From Occultella glacieicola (GTDB lineage Bacteria; Actinomycetota; Actinomycetes; Actinomycetales; Beutenbergiaceae): a stretch of DNA of 64,000 bases. The notes under the pieces are model-generated. The model ran no database searches. It was given only the letters and a program-made list of their open reading frames with translations, and was not told where the DNA came from. Position numbers and translations under genes: made by a program. Location of the stretch: assembly GCF_004353825.1 (NCBI RefSeq), contig NZ_SMNA01000001.1, positions 124,001-188,000 on the forward strand, written 5' to 3'. Position 1 is the stretch's first letter. Every line of letters begins with the position of its first letter. Shown here one piece after another: positions 32,192 through 41,550 of this stretch.

Positions 32192-33577
32192 ATGCGCTCT
32201 CGTAGCGGCCTCATCCTGCCCGAGTCCGTCCGCCGACCGTCCCGCCGAAACGTCCTGCAGCTGGGCGGGCTCGGCCTCGGAGCCGGCCTGCTCGCGGCCT
32301 GCTCCGGCCCGTCGGTCGGCTCCAGCGACGGCGGCGGCAACGCCCAGACCGCCGCGGAGACCGACTGGTCCACGATCGAGCCGGCCGAGCAGATCACGTT
32401 CATGTCGCTGCAGCAGGGCACCGAGCTGGAGCAGGCGCTGGTCGCGGAGTTCACCGCCGAGACCGGCATCGAGATCAACCACATCTCCGGTGGCGGCTCC
32501 TACGAGGAACTCGCACAGAACTTCCGCGCCTCGGCCGGCACGTCCGAGCAGCCGGACGTCGCGCAGGGCTCCGACGTCTTCTGGTTCCAGTACCTCACCT
32601 CGGGCAACACGATCGCGCTGGACTCCCTGCTGGAGTTCCTCGAGGTCGAGGTGGACGACTTCCAGGAGGCCCTGTACGGCGACTACCTCTACGAAGGTCA
32701 GCACTACGCCGTGCCGTATGGCCGCTCGACGCCGATGTTCTATTACAACAAGGCCGTGTGGGAGGCCGCCGGCCTGCCCGACCGCGGCCCGGACACGTGG
32801 ACCGAGTTCCAGGAGTGGTCGCCTCAGCTCCAGTCCGTGCTGCCCGCCGAGGGTGCCGCAATGGGGTGGAGCGCTCCCGGGCCCTCCAACACCGCGTGGT
32901 ACGGCCAGAGCATCCTGTGGGCGCACGACGCCGCGTTCTCGCACGAGTGGGAGTGGTCCCTGGACACCGAGGAGGCCCTCTGGGTCGGCAACTTCTACCG
33001 CGATGCGTTCAACGGCCCGGACGCCTGGTCGAAGGTGGCCGTCGACCCGGCAGCCGAGTTCGCCGGCGGGCTGTACGGCGCGATCATGGGATCGACCGGG
33101 GGCATCGTGTCCTACCGGGAGATGCTGCCCACCCTCGGGGTCGCGTTCATGCCCGGCGGCACCATCCCGGCCGACGCCCCGCGGGTGCCGACCGGCGGGA
33201 ACGGGCTCACGATCTCCGGCCCGACCCCCGAGAAGCAACTCGCCGGCGGGATGCTCCTCAAGCACCTCACCACCCCCGAGAACTCGGCCCGCTGGGCGGT
33301 GTCCACCGGCTACATGCCCACCCGCAAGGCCGCGATCGAGACCGAGACGATGCAGGCTGCCATCGCCGAGGTCCCGGACCGGCAGATCCCGCTCGACCAG
33401 CTCGCCATCACGAAGGTCCAGGACTACGCCCGTGCCCTCCTGCCCGGTGGTGATCTGCTGATCTCCGAGCACTTCGAGCGGATCATCCTGAACGGGGAGG
33501 ACGCCGCACCGGTCTTCGAGGACCTCACCGCGGAGTTCCAGCGCGCGTTCGAGCAGAACGTCGAACCGCACCTGTGA
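32192..33577 (+). CDS. ABC substrate-binding lipoprotein (UgpB-like) with Tat signal
   Basis: SRRNVL twin-arginine, LAAC lipobox, PYGRSTPMFYYNK, TGYMPTRK; AAGGAG SD. Confidence 0.88.
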   Translation: MRSRSGLILPESVRRPSRRNVLQLGGLGLGAGLLAACSGPSVGSSDGGGNAQTAAETDWSTIEPAEQITFMSLQQGTELEQALVAEFTAETGIEINHISGGGSYEELAQNFRASAGTSEQPDVAQGSDVFWFQYLTSGNTIALDSLLEFLEVEVDDFQEALYGDYLYEGQHYAVPYGRSTPMFYYNKAVWEAAGLPDRGPDTWTEFQEWSPQLQSVLPAEGAAMGWSAPGPSNTAWYGQSILWAHDAAFSHEWEWSLDTEEALWVGNFYRDAFNGPDAWSKVAVDPAAEFAGGLYGAIMGSTGGIVSYREMLPTLGVAFMPGGTIPADAPRVPTGGNGLTISGPTPEKQLAGGMLLKHLTTPENSARWAVSTGYMPTRKAAIETETMQAAIAEVPDRQIPLDQLAITKVQDYARALLPGGDLLISEHFERIILNGEDAAPVFEDLTAEFQRAFEQNVEPHL

Positions 33578-33649
33578 CCGCTCGCTCCGGGGCCTCGACC
33601 GCGACGGCGTATCGCGCGCCCCGAGGTCGGGTCCCGGTTCGCCGCGGGG

Positions 33650-33719
33650 TGAGATCGGACCCGCCGCACTGAGATCGCACTTCGCGGGGTGCGATCTCAG
33701 CGGCGCGGGTCCGATCTCA
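33650..33719. repeat. Long nested inverted repeat (REP-like element or terminator)
   Basis: TGAGATCGGACCCG...CTGAGATCGCAC-N8-GTGCGATCTCAG...CGGGTCCGATCTCA between convergent genes. Confidence 0.7.
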
Positions 33720-33751
33720 GCGAGTGGCGCCGGCCGGGTAGCTCACGCTCG

Positions 33752-34525
33752 TCACGTCACGGGTGCCGCGTCCCGGGCGGCGAGGATCTCACGCGGGGCG
33801 TCGGTGCAGATGGCGTCGGCGCCCATCGCGGTGACCTCCAGGGCTCGGACCGGGTCGTTGATCGTCCACACCCACGCCTCCATGCCGGCCTCGTGGATGC
33901 CGTCGATGATCTCCGGCGTGAGGTTCTGCTCGTAGATGGAGATGCCCGGGGCGCTCAGACGGGTGCCGAACTCGACGGCGTCGCGCCAGTCGCGCCGCAT
34001 CCGCTCCAGGGCATCGACCTGCTCCGGGGTGACCCGGTCGCGGTACCGCTCGATCATCGCCTCGGCGTTCGCCCGGGTGCCGATCGAGAGCGGGTACACC
34101 TGGGCCCCGGCGCGCTCGTGGATCTGCTCGAGCGCCTCCCAGTGCCCGGACGAGGCGAACCAGTCGAGGTCGGGCAGCGCCGCGACCGCGGCGATGACGC
34201 CGTCGACCGCTTCCGGGTCCTTGATCTCGATGTTCACCCGCATCTTCCCGCAGACGAGGGCGAGCACTTCGTCGAGGGTGGGCACGTACTCGCCGTTCCC
34301 GGCGTCCACCAGGCGCAATTCCTCGGCCGTGCGCTCCTTGACCGGACCGGTCGCATTCGTGGTGCGGTCGAGGGTGTCGTCGTGAATGACGACGATTCGG
34401 CCGTCCTTCGCCTTGTAGCAGTCGAGTTCGATTCCCTCGGCGCCGTATTCGAGCGCTTTCGCGAATGCGGCCAGAGTGTTCTCCGGCAATTCGATCGATG
34501 CGCCGCGGTGTGCATAGACGTGCAT
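33752..34525 (-). CDS. Glycerophosphodiester phosphodiesterase
   Basis: AHRGAS..PENT, IELD, IHDDTLDRTT, NIEIK, WTIND, ICTD. Confidence 0.93.
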   Translation of the reverse strand: MHVYAHRGASIELPENTLAAFAKALEYGAEGIELDCYKAKDGRIVVIHDDTLDRTTNATGPVKERTAEELRLVDAGNGEYVPTLDEVLALVCGKMRVNIEIKDPEAVDGVIAAVAALPDLDWFASSGHWEALEQIHERAGAQVYPLSIGTRANAEAMIERYRDRVTPEQVDALERMRRDWRDAVEFGTRLSAPGISIYEQNLTPEIIDGIHEAGMEAWVWTINDPVRALEVTAMGADAICTDAPREILAARDAAPVT

Positions 34526-34786
34526 GATGCTCCTGACGATGGGAGGTGATGGCGCTAGCACGCTACAGAGTGCCGCTGAACCGACGGTGGCAATCCGATG
34601 AACGCTCATCGGCGGAGGACTCGCCCGACGGCTGGGCTTCGGCACGGCGAGCGTCGGAGAACGCGCCGGCGCAAGGAGCACCGACTCCCGGAACTGTTCG
34701 ACGACCGGGCAGCCTGCCCGGCCGGAACGGCGAACGCCCACCGCGGCCGGAGCCGGCGGTGGGCGTTCGGGGTCGGGTTGGGCGCG

Positions 34787-35866
34787 TCAGCGCTCGATCT
34801 CGCCGCGGATGAACGCCTCCACCTTCGCGCGGGCGGTCTCGTCGTCGTACTGCTCCGGCGGCGACTTCATGAAGTAGCTGGCCGCGGACAGGATCGGCCC
34901 GCCGATGCCCCGGTCCTTGGCGATCTTCGCGGCCCGCAGGGCGTCGATGATGATGCCGGCCGAGTTGGGCGAGTCCCAGACCTCCAACTTGTACTCGAGG
35001 TTCAGCGGGACCTCCCCGAACGCGCGGCCCTCGAGGCGCACGTACGCCCACTTGCGGTCGTCGAGCCACTGGATGTAGTCCGAGGGGCCGATGTGGACGT
35101 TCCGGCTGCCCAGGTCGTGGTCCACGTTCGAGGTCACCGCCTGGGTCTTGGAGACCTTCTTCGACTCCAGCCGGTCCCGCTCCAGCATGTTCTTGAAGTC
35201 CATGTTGCCGCCGACGTTCAGCTGGTACGTGCGGTCCAGCACCACGCCGCGGTCCTGGAACAGCTTCGCCATCACCCGGTGCGTGATGGTCGCGCCTACC
35301 TGCGACTTGATGTCGTCGCCGACGATCGGTACCCCGGCGGCGGTGAACTTGTCCGCCCACTCCTTGGTGCCCGCGATGAAGACCGGGAGGGCGTTGACGA
35401 ACGCGACGCCGGCGTCGATCGCGGCCTGCGCGTAGAACTTGGCGGCGTCCTCGGACCCCACCGGCAGGTAGCAGATCAGCACGTCCGCGCGGGCCTCGCG
35501 CAGTGCGGCGACGATGTCCACGGGATCCGCCCCGGACTCCTCGATGGTCTCGCGGTAGTACTTGCCGAGCCCGTCCAGGGTGTGCCCGCGCTGCACCGGG
35601 ACGCCGAGCGGCGGCACGTCGGCGATCTTGATGGTGTTGTTCTCGCTCGCCACGATCGCCTCGGACAGGTCGAAGCCGACCTTCTTGGCGTCGACGTCGA
35701 AGGCGGCGACGAACTCGATGTCCCGGACGTGGTAGGGCCCGAACTCGACGTGCATGAGGCCGGGAACGGTGGTGCTCGGGTCGGCCCCGGCGTAGTAGTG
35801 CACGCCCTGGACGAGGGAGGCGGCGCAGTTCCCGACGCCGGCGATGGCAACGCGGATGGTGCTCAT
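34787..35866 (-). CDS. ino1: myo-inositol-1-phosphate synthase
   Basis: [41 protein letters not shown]. Confidence 0.96.
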   Translation of the reverse strand: MSTIRVAIAGVGNCAASLVQGVHYYAGADPSTTVPGLMHVEFGPYHVRDIEFVAAFDVDAKKVGFDLSEAIVASENNTIKIADVPPLGVPVQRGHTLDGLGKYYRETIEESGADPVDIVAALREARADVLICYLPVGSEDAAKFYAQAAIDAGVAFVNALPVFIAGTKEWADKFTAAGVPIVGDDIKSQVGATITHRVMAKLFQDRGVVLDRTYQLNVGGNMDFKNMLERDRLESKKVSKTQAVTSNVDHDLGSRNVHIGPSDYIQWLDDRKWAYVRLEGRAFGEVPLNLEYKLEVWDSPNSAGIIIDALRAAKIAKDRGIGGPILSAASYFMKSPPEQYDDETARAKVEAFIRGEIER

Positions 35867-36534
35867 CCTTGCTCCTTGCTGTGGGTGGTTGGGGTCGTGG
35901 TGGGTCGTTCGGCGCCGGCCCGTCCGGTCCGTCCGGTCGGGTCGTCCGGTTCACCGGGGCCCGACGGCGTGGGTACCGTCGGCGCGTCCGGGTGCCGTTC
36001 GGCATGGATCAGGTCCTCGAGCCAGCGGACCTCTCGTTCGATCTGGTCGAGGCCGTGCTGCTGCAGGGCCAGGGTGTAGCGGTCGCGGCGCTCGCGGCTT
36101 CGTTGGGCGTGCTGGCGCATCGCGTCGTGCCGTTCGACCATGCGCATCCGGCGCCCCTCGAGGATGCGCAGCCGGGTCTCGGCGTCGGTGTCCGAGAACA
36201 GACTGAACCGCACGTCGAAGTTCTCGTCCTCCCAGGCGGCCGGCTCGGCCCGGGCCAGGGAGTCCCCCAGCCGGTCCCGGCCGGCGTCGGTCAGTTCGTA
36301 GACGATCCGGGTCCGCCGCCCGGCCAGTGCGTGCGGGAGGTCGGCCGTGTCGACCGGGCGGATCCACCCGCCCTCCTGCAGGGCGCGCAGACCGGGATAG
36401 AGGGAACCGTAGGACAGGGCCCGGATCATCCCGAGGGTGGCGTTGAGCCGCTTGCGCAGTTCGTACCCGTGCATGGGCGCACCATGGAGCTGGCCGAGGA
36501 TGGCCAACTCCAACACCTCACTGCGCGAGCCCAT
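35863..36534 (-). CDS. PadR family transcriptional regulator
   Basis: [25 protein letters not shown]; 4-nt overlap with ino1. Confidence 0.93.
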   Translation of the reverse strand: MGSRSEVLELAILGQLHGAPMHGYELRKRLNATLGMIRALSYGSLYPGLRALQEGGWIRPVDTADLPHALAGRRTRIVYELTDAGRDRLGDSLARAEPAAWEDENFDVRFSLFSDTDAETRLRILEGRRMRMVERHDAMRQHAQRSRERRDRYTLALQQHGLDQIEREVRWLEDLIHAERHPDAPTVPTPSGPGEPDDPTGRTGRAGAERPTTTPTTHSKEQG

Positions 36535-36544
36535 TCACACCTCC

Positions 36545-36565
36545 GATGTATCGAATTGATACATC
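36545..36565. promoter_or_regulatory. Perfect AT-rich palindrome upstream of padR-ino1 (putative operator)
   Basis: GATGTATC-GAATT-GATACATC, 10 bp upstream of the padR ATG. Confidence 0.65.
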
Positions 36566-36782
36566 CCGCCGAGCGTTGCCGTCAAGGGGCGCGCGGCGCG
36601 CCACCGGGCTCTCAAGGGCCCGCGGGCCGGGCTGTGGCGGCCGTCACCGGGGAGGGGCGGATCCTGTGTGGGCCCGGTGAAACGGCCGGGGATCCAGGGA
36701 TCTCCCAGACTTCGGCCGCATACTGGAAGGCGTTTGCGCCCACAGGATGGACGCCGACGAGACCCCACAGAGAGGTTCTAAC

Positions 36783-39272
36783 GTGGCAGAAGGACGACGC
36801 CCCGGCGCGCCAGACTCCGGCGACCCGTCGACGCCGCCGACCCGTCGGAGCGTGCGTGCCCGCCAGTCCTCCAGCCCGTCCAGCCCCACCGAGCCCGCAG
36901 GCAAGCGGGCCGGCTCCGAGCGGCCCCCCGTGATCCCGCCCGCCGGCGGTGGCGCCGCGGCCCGCAACGGATCCTCGGCACAGTGGAAGAAGACCGCCTC
37001 GGCGCGCCCCTCGAGAACCGCCACCACCACGACCTCGGCAGCTGCGCCGTCGGGTCGGTCCGCCTCGAAGGGCGCCAGGGCCAAGAAGGGCTACAAGGGC
37101 CGGCCGTACCAGGAGCCGCGGCGGTTCTGGAACTACCCGCGACCGAACAAGGGTCCGATCCACCGCTGGCTTCCGAGCTGGCGGTTCGTCCTGGGCACCT
37201 TCGTGGCATTCCTGCTCCTGGGCGTCGGACTGTTCGTCTACGCCTATCAGACGATCGGCGTGCCGGAACCCGACGACGTCGCCATGGCCGAGGGCAGCAC
37301 CGTCTACTTCGCCGACGGCACCACCGAGATGGGCACGTTCGCCGAGGTGAACCGCGAGATCATCGCGACCGAGGAACTCCCCGAGTACGTCGGGCAGGCC
37401 GTCGTCGCATCGGAGGATCGACGCTTCTACTCCAACGCCGGGGTGGATCCGATCGGGATCCTGCGGGCGCTGTGGAACAACCTCCAGGGCAACCCGACCC
37501 AGGGTGGTTCGACCCTGACCCAGCAGTACGTCGAGCGGTACTACACGGGGCAGACCTCGAGCTACGCGGACAAGTTCCGGGAGGCCATCCTCGCGATCAA
37601 GATCGACCGCGAGCAGCCCAAGGACGAGATCCTGGGCAACTACATGAACACGATCTACTTCGGTCGCGGCGCCTACGGGATCGAGCGGGCCGCCCAGGAG
37701 TACTTCGGCCACTCGGCGGCCGAGCTGACCCTGTCCGAGTCGGCGCTGATCGCCGGCATCATCCCGTCGCCGTCCAACTGGGACCCGGCGGTGAGCCCGG
37801 AGCAGGCCGAACGGCGGTGGAACCGGACACTCGACTACATGGTCGAGTCCGGCTTCATCACCGCGGCCGAGCGCAACGCCCAGGAGTTCCCGGCCACCAT
37901 CGAGCCGACGCGTTCCGACACCTACGCCGGACCGACCGGCTACCTGTTGGAGATGGTGCGTGCCGAGTTGCTGGCGGCCGGGCTGACCGCGGACCAGATC
38001 GACGGCGGTGGCCTGGACATCGTCTCCACGATCGACCCCGAACTGCAGGCGGCGGCGATCACGGCCTCGCAGAACATGCCCGAGGACACCCCGGCGGGGG
38101 TCCGGGTGGCGCTGACCTCGATCGACAACGAGACCGGCGGGATCGTCGCCCTCTATGGTGGCGCCGACTACCTGACCGTCCAACGCAACGCCGCCACCCA
38201 GGACGTCGCCCAGGGCGGCTCGACGTTCAAGGTGTTCGGGCTGATCGCGGCGCTCGAGAACGGCGTCACGCTGGAGGACCGGTACGCCAGCTACTCCCCG
38301 ATGGACGTCGACGGGTACGAGGTCCGCAACTTCGACCGCGTCAACCGGGGCAACATCGATCTCGTCGAGGCGACCGAGAACTCCGTCAACACGGTGTACG
38401 TGCAGATGAACTCCGAGGTCGGCCCCGAGCACCTGGTCGACGTGGCGCACCGCCTGGGTCTGCCCGAGGAGACCGCGATCGAGGCGGTGCCCTCCAACGT
38501 GCTCGGCCCGGCGGCGCCGCATCCGGCCGACATGGCCGAGGCCTACTCCACGATCGCCTCCGGGGGCGTGCACCGGGACCGCTACATCGTCGCCTCCGCG
38601 ACGAACGGCGACGGTCAGGTCCTCTACATGGGGGGCTCGGAGGAGGAACGGGTGGTCGAGGCCGACGTGATCGCGGACGCGACGTACGCCATGCAACAGG
38701 TCGTGGAGAGCGGCACCGGCGAGACCGCGAGCGAGATCGGGCGGCCCGCGGCCGGCAAGACCGGGAGTTCCAACGACTACCGCTCGGCCTGGTTCGTCGG
38801 CTTCGTGCCGCAGATCACCACCTCCGTGGCCATGTACCAGGTGGGTGAGAACGGCGAGGAGGTCTCGATGGTGGACGGCTTCGGAGGGGTCAGCCCGATC
38901 TCCGGCGGCTCGTTCCCGACCGACATCTGGACCGAGTACATGACCACGGCCGTCGCGGACCTGCCCGTGGAGGACTTCCCGGACCGTACCGAGCCGGAGG
39001 CGCCGACCTGGGAGCCGACCGAGGAGCCGACGACCGAGGAGCCCACGGAGGAGCCGACCACGCCGGAGCCCACGGAGGAGCCGACCACGCCGGAGCCGAC
39101 CGAGGAGCCGACACAGGAGCCCACCGAGGAGCCGACGGAGGAACCGACGGACGAGCCCACCGGGACCCCGACGGACGAGCCGACCGATCCTCCGACGGAG
39201 GAGCCCACCAACGGCACCGGGGTGCCGGGCTGGGACGATCTGTTCGCTCCACCGGGTCGCAACGACCCCTGA
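36783..39272 (+). CDS. Class A penicillin-binding protein (PonA-like)
   Basis: EDRRF, QGGSTLTQQ, STFK, SVN, KTG; Glu/Pro/Thr repeat tail. Confidence 0.95.
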   Translation: MAEGRRPGAPDSGDPSTPPTRRSVRARQSSSPSSPTEPAGKRAGSERPPVIPPAGGGAAARNGSSAQWKKTASARPSRTATTTTSAAAPSGRSASKGARAKKGYKGRPYQEPRRFWNYPRPNKGPIHRWLPSWRFVLGTFVAFLLLGVGLFVYAYQTIGVPEPDDVAMAEGSTVYFADGTTEMGTFAEVNREIIATEELPEYVGQAVVASEDRRFYSNAGVDPIGILRALWNNLQGNPTQGGSTLTQQYVERYYTGQTSSYADKFREAILAIKIDREQPKDEILGNYMNTIYFGRGAYGIERAAQEYFGHSAAELTLSESALIAGIIPSPSNWDPAVSPEQAERRWNRTLDYMVESGFITAAERNAQEFPATIEPTRSDTYAGPTGYLLEMVRAELLAAGLTADQIDGGGLDIVSTIDPELQAAAITASQNMPEDTPAGVRVALTSIDNETGGIVALYGGADYLTVQRNAATQDVAQGGSTFKVFGLIAALENGVTLEDRYASYSPMDVDGYEVRNFDRVNRGNIDLVEATENSVNTVYVQMNSEVGPEHLVDVAHRLGLPEETAIEAVPSNVLGPAAPHPADMAEAYSTIASGGVHRDRYIVASATNGDGQVLYMGGSEEERVVEADVIADATYAMQQVVESGTGETASEIGRPAAGKTGSSNDYRSAWFVGFVPQITTSVAMYQVGENGEEVSMVDGFGGVSPISGGSFPTDIWTEYMTTAVADLPVEDFPDRTEPEAPTWEPTEEPTTEEPTEEPTTPEPTEEPTTPEPTEEPTQEPTEEPTEEPTDEPTGTPTDEPTDPPTEEPTNGTGVPGWDDLFAPPGRNDP

Positions 39273-39430
39273 GCACACCCGCGCACACCCGTGCCACCGT
39301 GACGTTGTCCACACCCGCCGTCCCACGTCGGCCGTGGGTGCGGGGGTCCGGTAGGCTTGTCCGGTATTCCATCGGTCCGGTGCCGCGACCCACATCTGTG
39401 GGCCACGACCCCGGGCCGGGAGCACGCAGC

Positions 39431-39480
39431 ACCCTCCTGTCGCGGAGAGACCGTGACCGTATAGTCCGAAGGAGGTGGGT
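39431..39480 (+). ncRNA. Putative S6:S18-type ribosomal protein leader RNA
   Basis: CCCTCCT pairs with the SD AGGAGGT; inner hairpin GTCGCGG-AGAGA-CCGTGAC; directly before rpsF. Confidence 0.6.
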
Positions 39481-39486
39481 TCAAGC

Positions 39487-39777
39487 ATGCGTCAATACGA
39501 ACTGATGGTGATTCTCGACCCCGAGATCGACGAGCGCACCGTTGCTCCGTCCCTGGACAAGTTCCTGGGCGTCATCGCCACTGGTGGTGGAACCGTCGAC
39601 AAGGTCGACATCTGGGGCAAGCGCCGCCTGGCATTCGAGATCGCGAAGAACTCCGAGGGCATCTACGCCGTCGTGAACCTGACCGCGACCCCCGAGCTCG
39701 CCCAGGAACTCGATCGTCAGCTCGGGCTCAATGAGTCCGTGCTCCGCACCAAGCTGATCCGTCCCGACGCGCACTGA
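39487..39777 (+). CDS. rpsF: 30S ribosomal protein S6
   Basis: [22 protein letters not shown]. Confidence 0.97.
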   Translation: MRQYELMVILDPEIDERTVAPSLDKFLGVIATGGGTVDKVDIWGKRRLAFEIAKNSEGIYAVVNLTATPELAQELDRQLGLNESVLRTKLIRPDAH

Positions 39778-39813
39778 GCGCGACCCCGCAGCGCAACCGA
39801 AGAAGGAGCGTTC

Positions 39814-40374
39814 ATGGCAGGCGACACCGTCATCACAGTGATCGGAAACCTCACGGCCGACCCCGAACTGCGGTTCACCCCGTCGGGCGCAGCCGTGGCG
39901 AACTTCACGATCGCCTCGACCCCACGCCAGTTCGACCGTCAGTCGAACGAGTGGAAGGACGGCGACACCCTGTTCATGCGCTGCTCGATCTGGCGCGAGG
40001 CCGCGGAGAACGTGGCCGAGTCCCTGACCAAGGGGATGCGGGTGGTCGCTCAGGGCCGCCTCGTGCAGCGCTCCTACGAGACCCGTGAGGGCGAGAAGCG
40101 CACCGTCGTCGAGCTGCAGGTCGACGAGGTCGGCCCGTCGCTGCGGTACGCCAGCGCCAAGGTCACCCGCACCCAGCGCGGTGGCGGCGGTGGCGGTGGC
40201 GGCTACGGCGGCAACAGCGGTGGCGGTGGGAACTTCGGCGGCGGCGGTGGCTACGGCGGTAACAGCGGTGGCGGCAACAGCGGCGGTGGGAACAGCGGCG
40301 GCGGTAGTAACGCCCAGTCGGACGACCCGTGGGCAACCGGAGGCTCGAGCTTCGGCGACGAGCCCCCCTTCTAG
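39814..40374 (+). CDS. ssb: Single-stranded DNA-binding protein
   Basis: [15 protein letters not shown], Gly-rich linker, DEPPF tail. Confidence 0.98.
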   Translation: MAGDTVITVIGNLTADPELRFTPSGAAVANFTIASTPRQFDRQSNEWKDGDTLFMRCSIWREAAENVAESLTKGMRVVAQGRLVQRSYETREGEKRTVVELQVDEVGPSLRYASAKVTRTQRGGGGGGGGYGGNSGGGGNFGGGGGYGGNSGGGNSGGGNSGGGSNAQSDDPWATGGSSFGDEPPF

Positions 40375-40436
40375 AACATCATCTTCAAGCGCGCGGCCAC
40401 CGGGCCCGACGCGCGAGTACCGAAGGAGTACCAACC

Positions 40437-40682
40437 ATGGCGAAGCGTGAGTCGCGCAAGCCCATCATCAAGAAGAAGGCGAACCCCCTCAAGGCCGTCA
40501 AGCTCGAGGGACCGATCGACTACAAGGACACCGTGCTGCTGCGGAAGTTCATCTCGGACCGCGGCAAGATCCGTGCGCGCCGCGTGACCGGTGTCAACGT
40601 CCAGCAGCAGCGTGAGATCGCCCGGGCCGTGAAGAACGCCCGTGAGATGGCTCTGCTGCCCTACTCGAGCTCTGCTCGCTGA
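40437..40682 (+). CDS. rpsR: 30S ribosomal protein S18 (Cys-free type)
   Basis: [33 protein letters not shown]. Confidence 0.97.
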   Translation: MAKRESRKPIIKKKANPLKAVKLEGPIDYKDTVLLRKFISDRGKIRARRVTGVNVQQQREIARAVKNAREMALLPYSSSAR

Positions 40683-40699
40683 GGCTGGAGGAGCACACC

Positions 40700-41146
40700 A
40701 TGAAGCTCATTCTCACCCACGAGGTCACCGGCCTCGGCACCCCCGGCGACGTGATCGAGGTCAAGGACGGGTACGCCCGCAACTACCTCCTCCCGCGCGG
40801 CCTGGCGACCGGCTGGACCAAGGGCGCCCAGAAGCAGATCGACCAGATCCAGGCGGCTCGGCGCAAGCGCGAGATCTCGACCATCGAGGACGCCCGTGCG
40901 GTTCGTGACTCGCTGCAGTCCAAGCCCGTGGTCGTGAAGGTCCGCGCCGGCAAGGGCGACCGGCTCTTCGGTGCGGTCACCACCACGGACATCACGGCGG
41001 CCATCGGGGCCGCCGGCGGTCCGTCCGTCGACCGCCGCAAGGTCGAGATCGGTAACCCGATCAAGTCCCTCGGCACCCACTCGGTGAAGGTCCGCCTGCA
41101 CGCGGACGTCTCCGCGACGGTGGACATCCAGGTCGTCCCGGCCTGA
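40700..41146 (+). CDS. rplI: 50S ribosomal protein L9
   Basis: [24 protein letters not shown]. Confidence 0.97.
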   Translation: MKLILTHEVTGLGTPGDVIEVKDGYARNYLLPRGLATGWTKGAQKQIDQIQAARRKREISTIEDARAVRDSLQSKPVVVKVRAGKGDRLFGAVTTTDITAAIGAAGGPSVDRRKVEIGNPIKSLGTHSVKVRLHADVSATVDIQVVPA

Positions 41147-41164
41147 CCGCAGGTCCAGTTCCAC

Positions 41165-41203
41165 CCGTGAGGGCCCGGCGTCGTTGACGCCGGGCCCTCA
41201 CGG
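41165..41203. terminator. Intrinsic (probably bidirectional) terminator with an 18-bp perfect stem
   Basis: CCGTGAGGGCCCGGCGTC-GTT-GACGCCGGGCCCTCACGG between convergent rplI and PAAR genes. Confidence 0.85.
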
Positions 41204-41226
41204 CTTTCCACCCAGCGGCATCCAGG

Positions 41227-41541
41227 TCAACCGCCGATGATGACCGTGGGGCAGCCCGGGCCGGGCGCGATCGGCGTTCCGTGGGTGCTCAGATCCCCGA
41301 GCCTGGCCGCTGGGAAGTTGCCGATCATCACGGTCATCGAGCCCATCGCGATCCCGTTCGGGGGACCGACGCAGGCGATCCCGCCGGGGAGGCCGTTCGC
41401 CACTGCCGCGGGCATGTTCCCGATGAGCACCGTCGGGACGCTGGCCACCGGCGTGATCGGTCCACCCACGTGCGGCTTCGGTCCGTCGAAGAGCGGGCAC
41501 AGGGCCGAGTCTCCGGCGCGCAGGGCAGGTCCGGTCGGCAC
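41227..41541 (-). CDS. PAAR spike-tip protein
   Basis: CP..DGPKPHVGGPI, TVLIGNMPAA, TVMIGNFPAARLGD, PTVIIGG. Confidence 0.92.
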   Translation of the reverse strand: MPTGPALRAGDSALCPLFDGPKPHVGGPITPVASVPTVLIGNMPAAVANGLPGGIACVGPPNGIAMGSMTVMIGNFPAARLGDLSTHGTPIAPGPGCPTVIIGG

Positions 41542-41550
41542 CGCGCGCCC

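Noticed and set aside
39010..39210. EPTEEPT repeats in the PBP tail (also SSB Gly repeats and DUF6049 TDP repeats)
   Set aside because: Ordinary low-complexity linkers in these families
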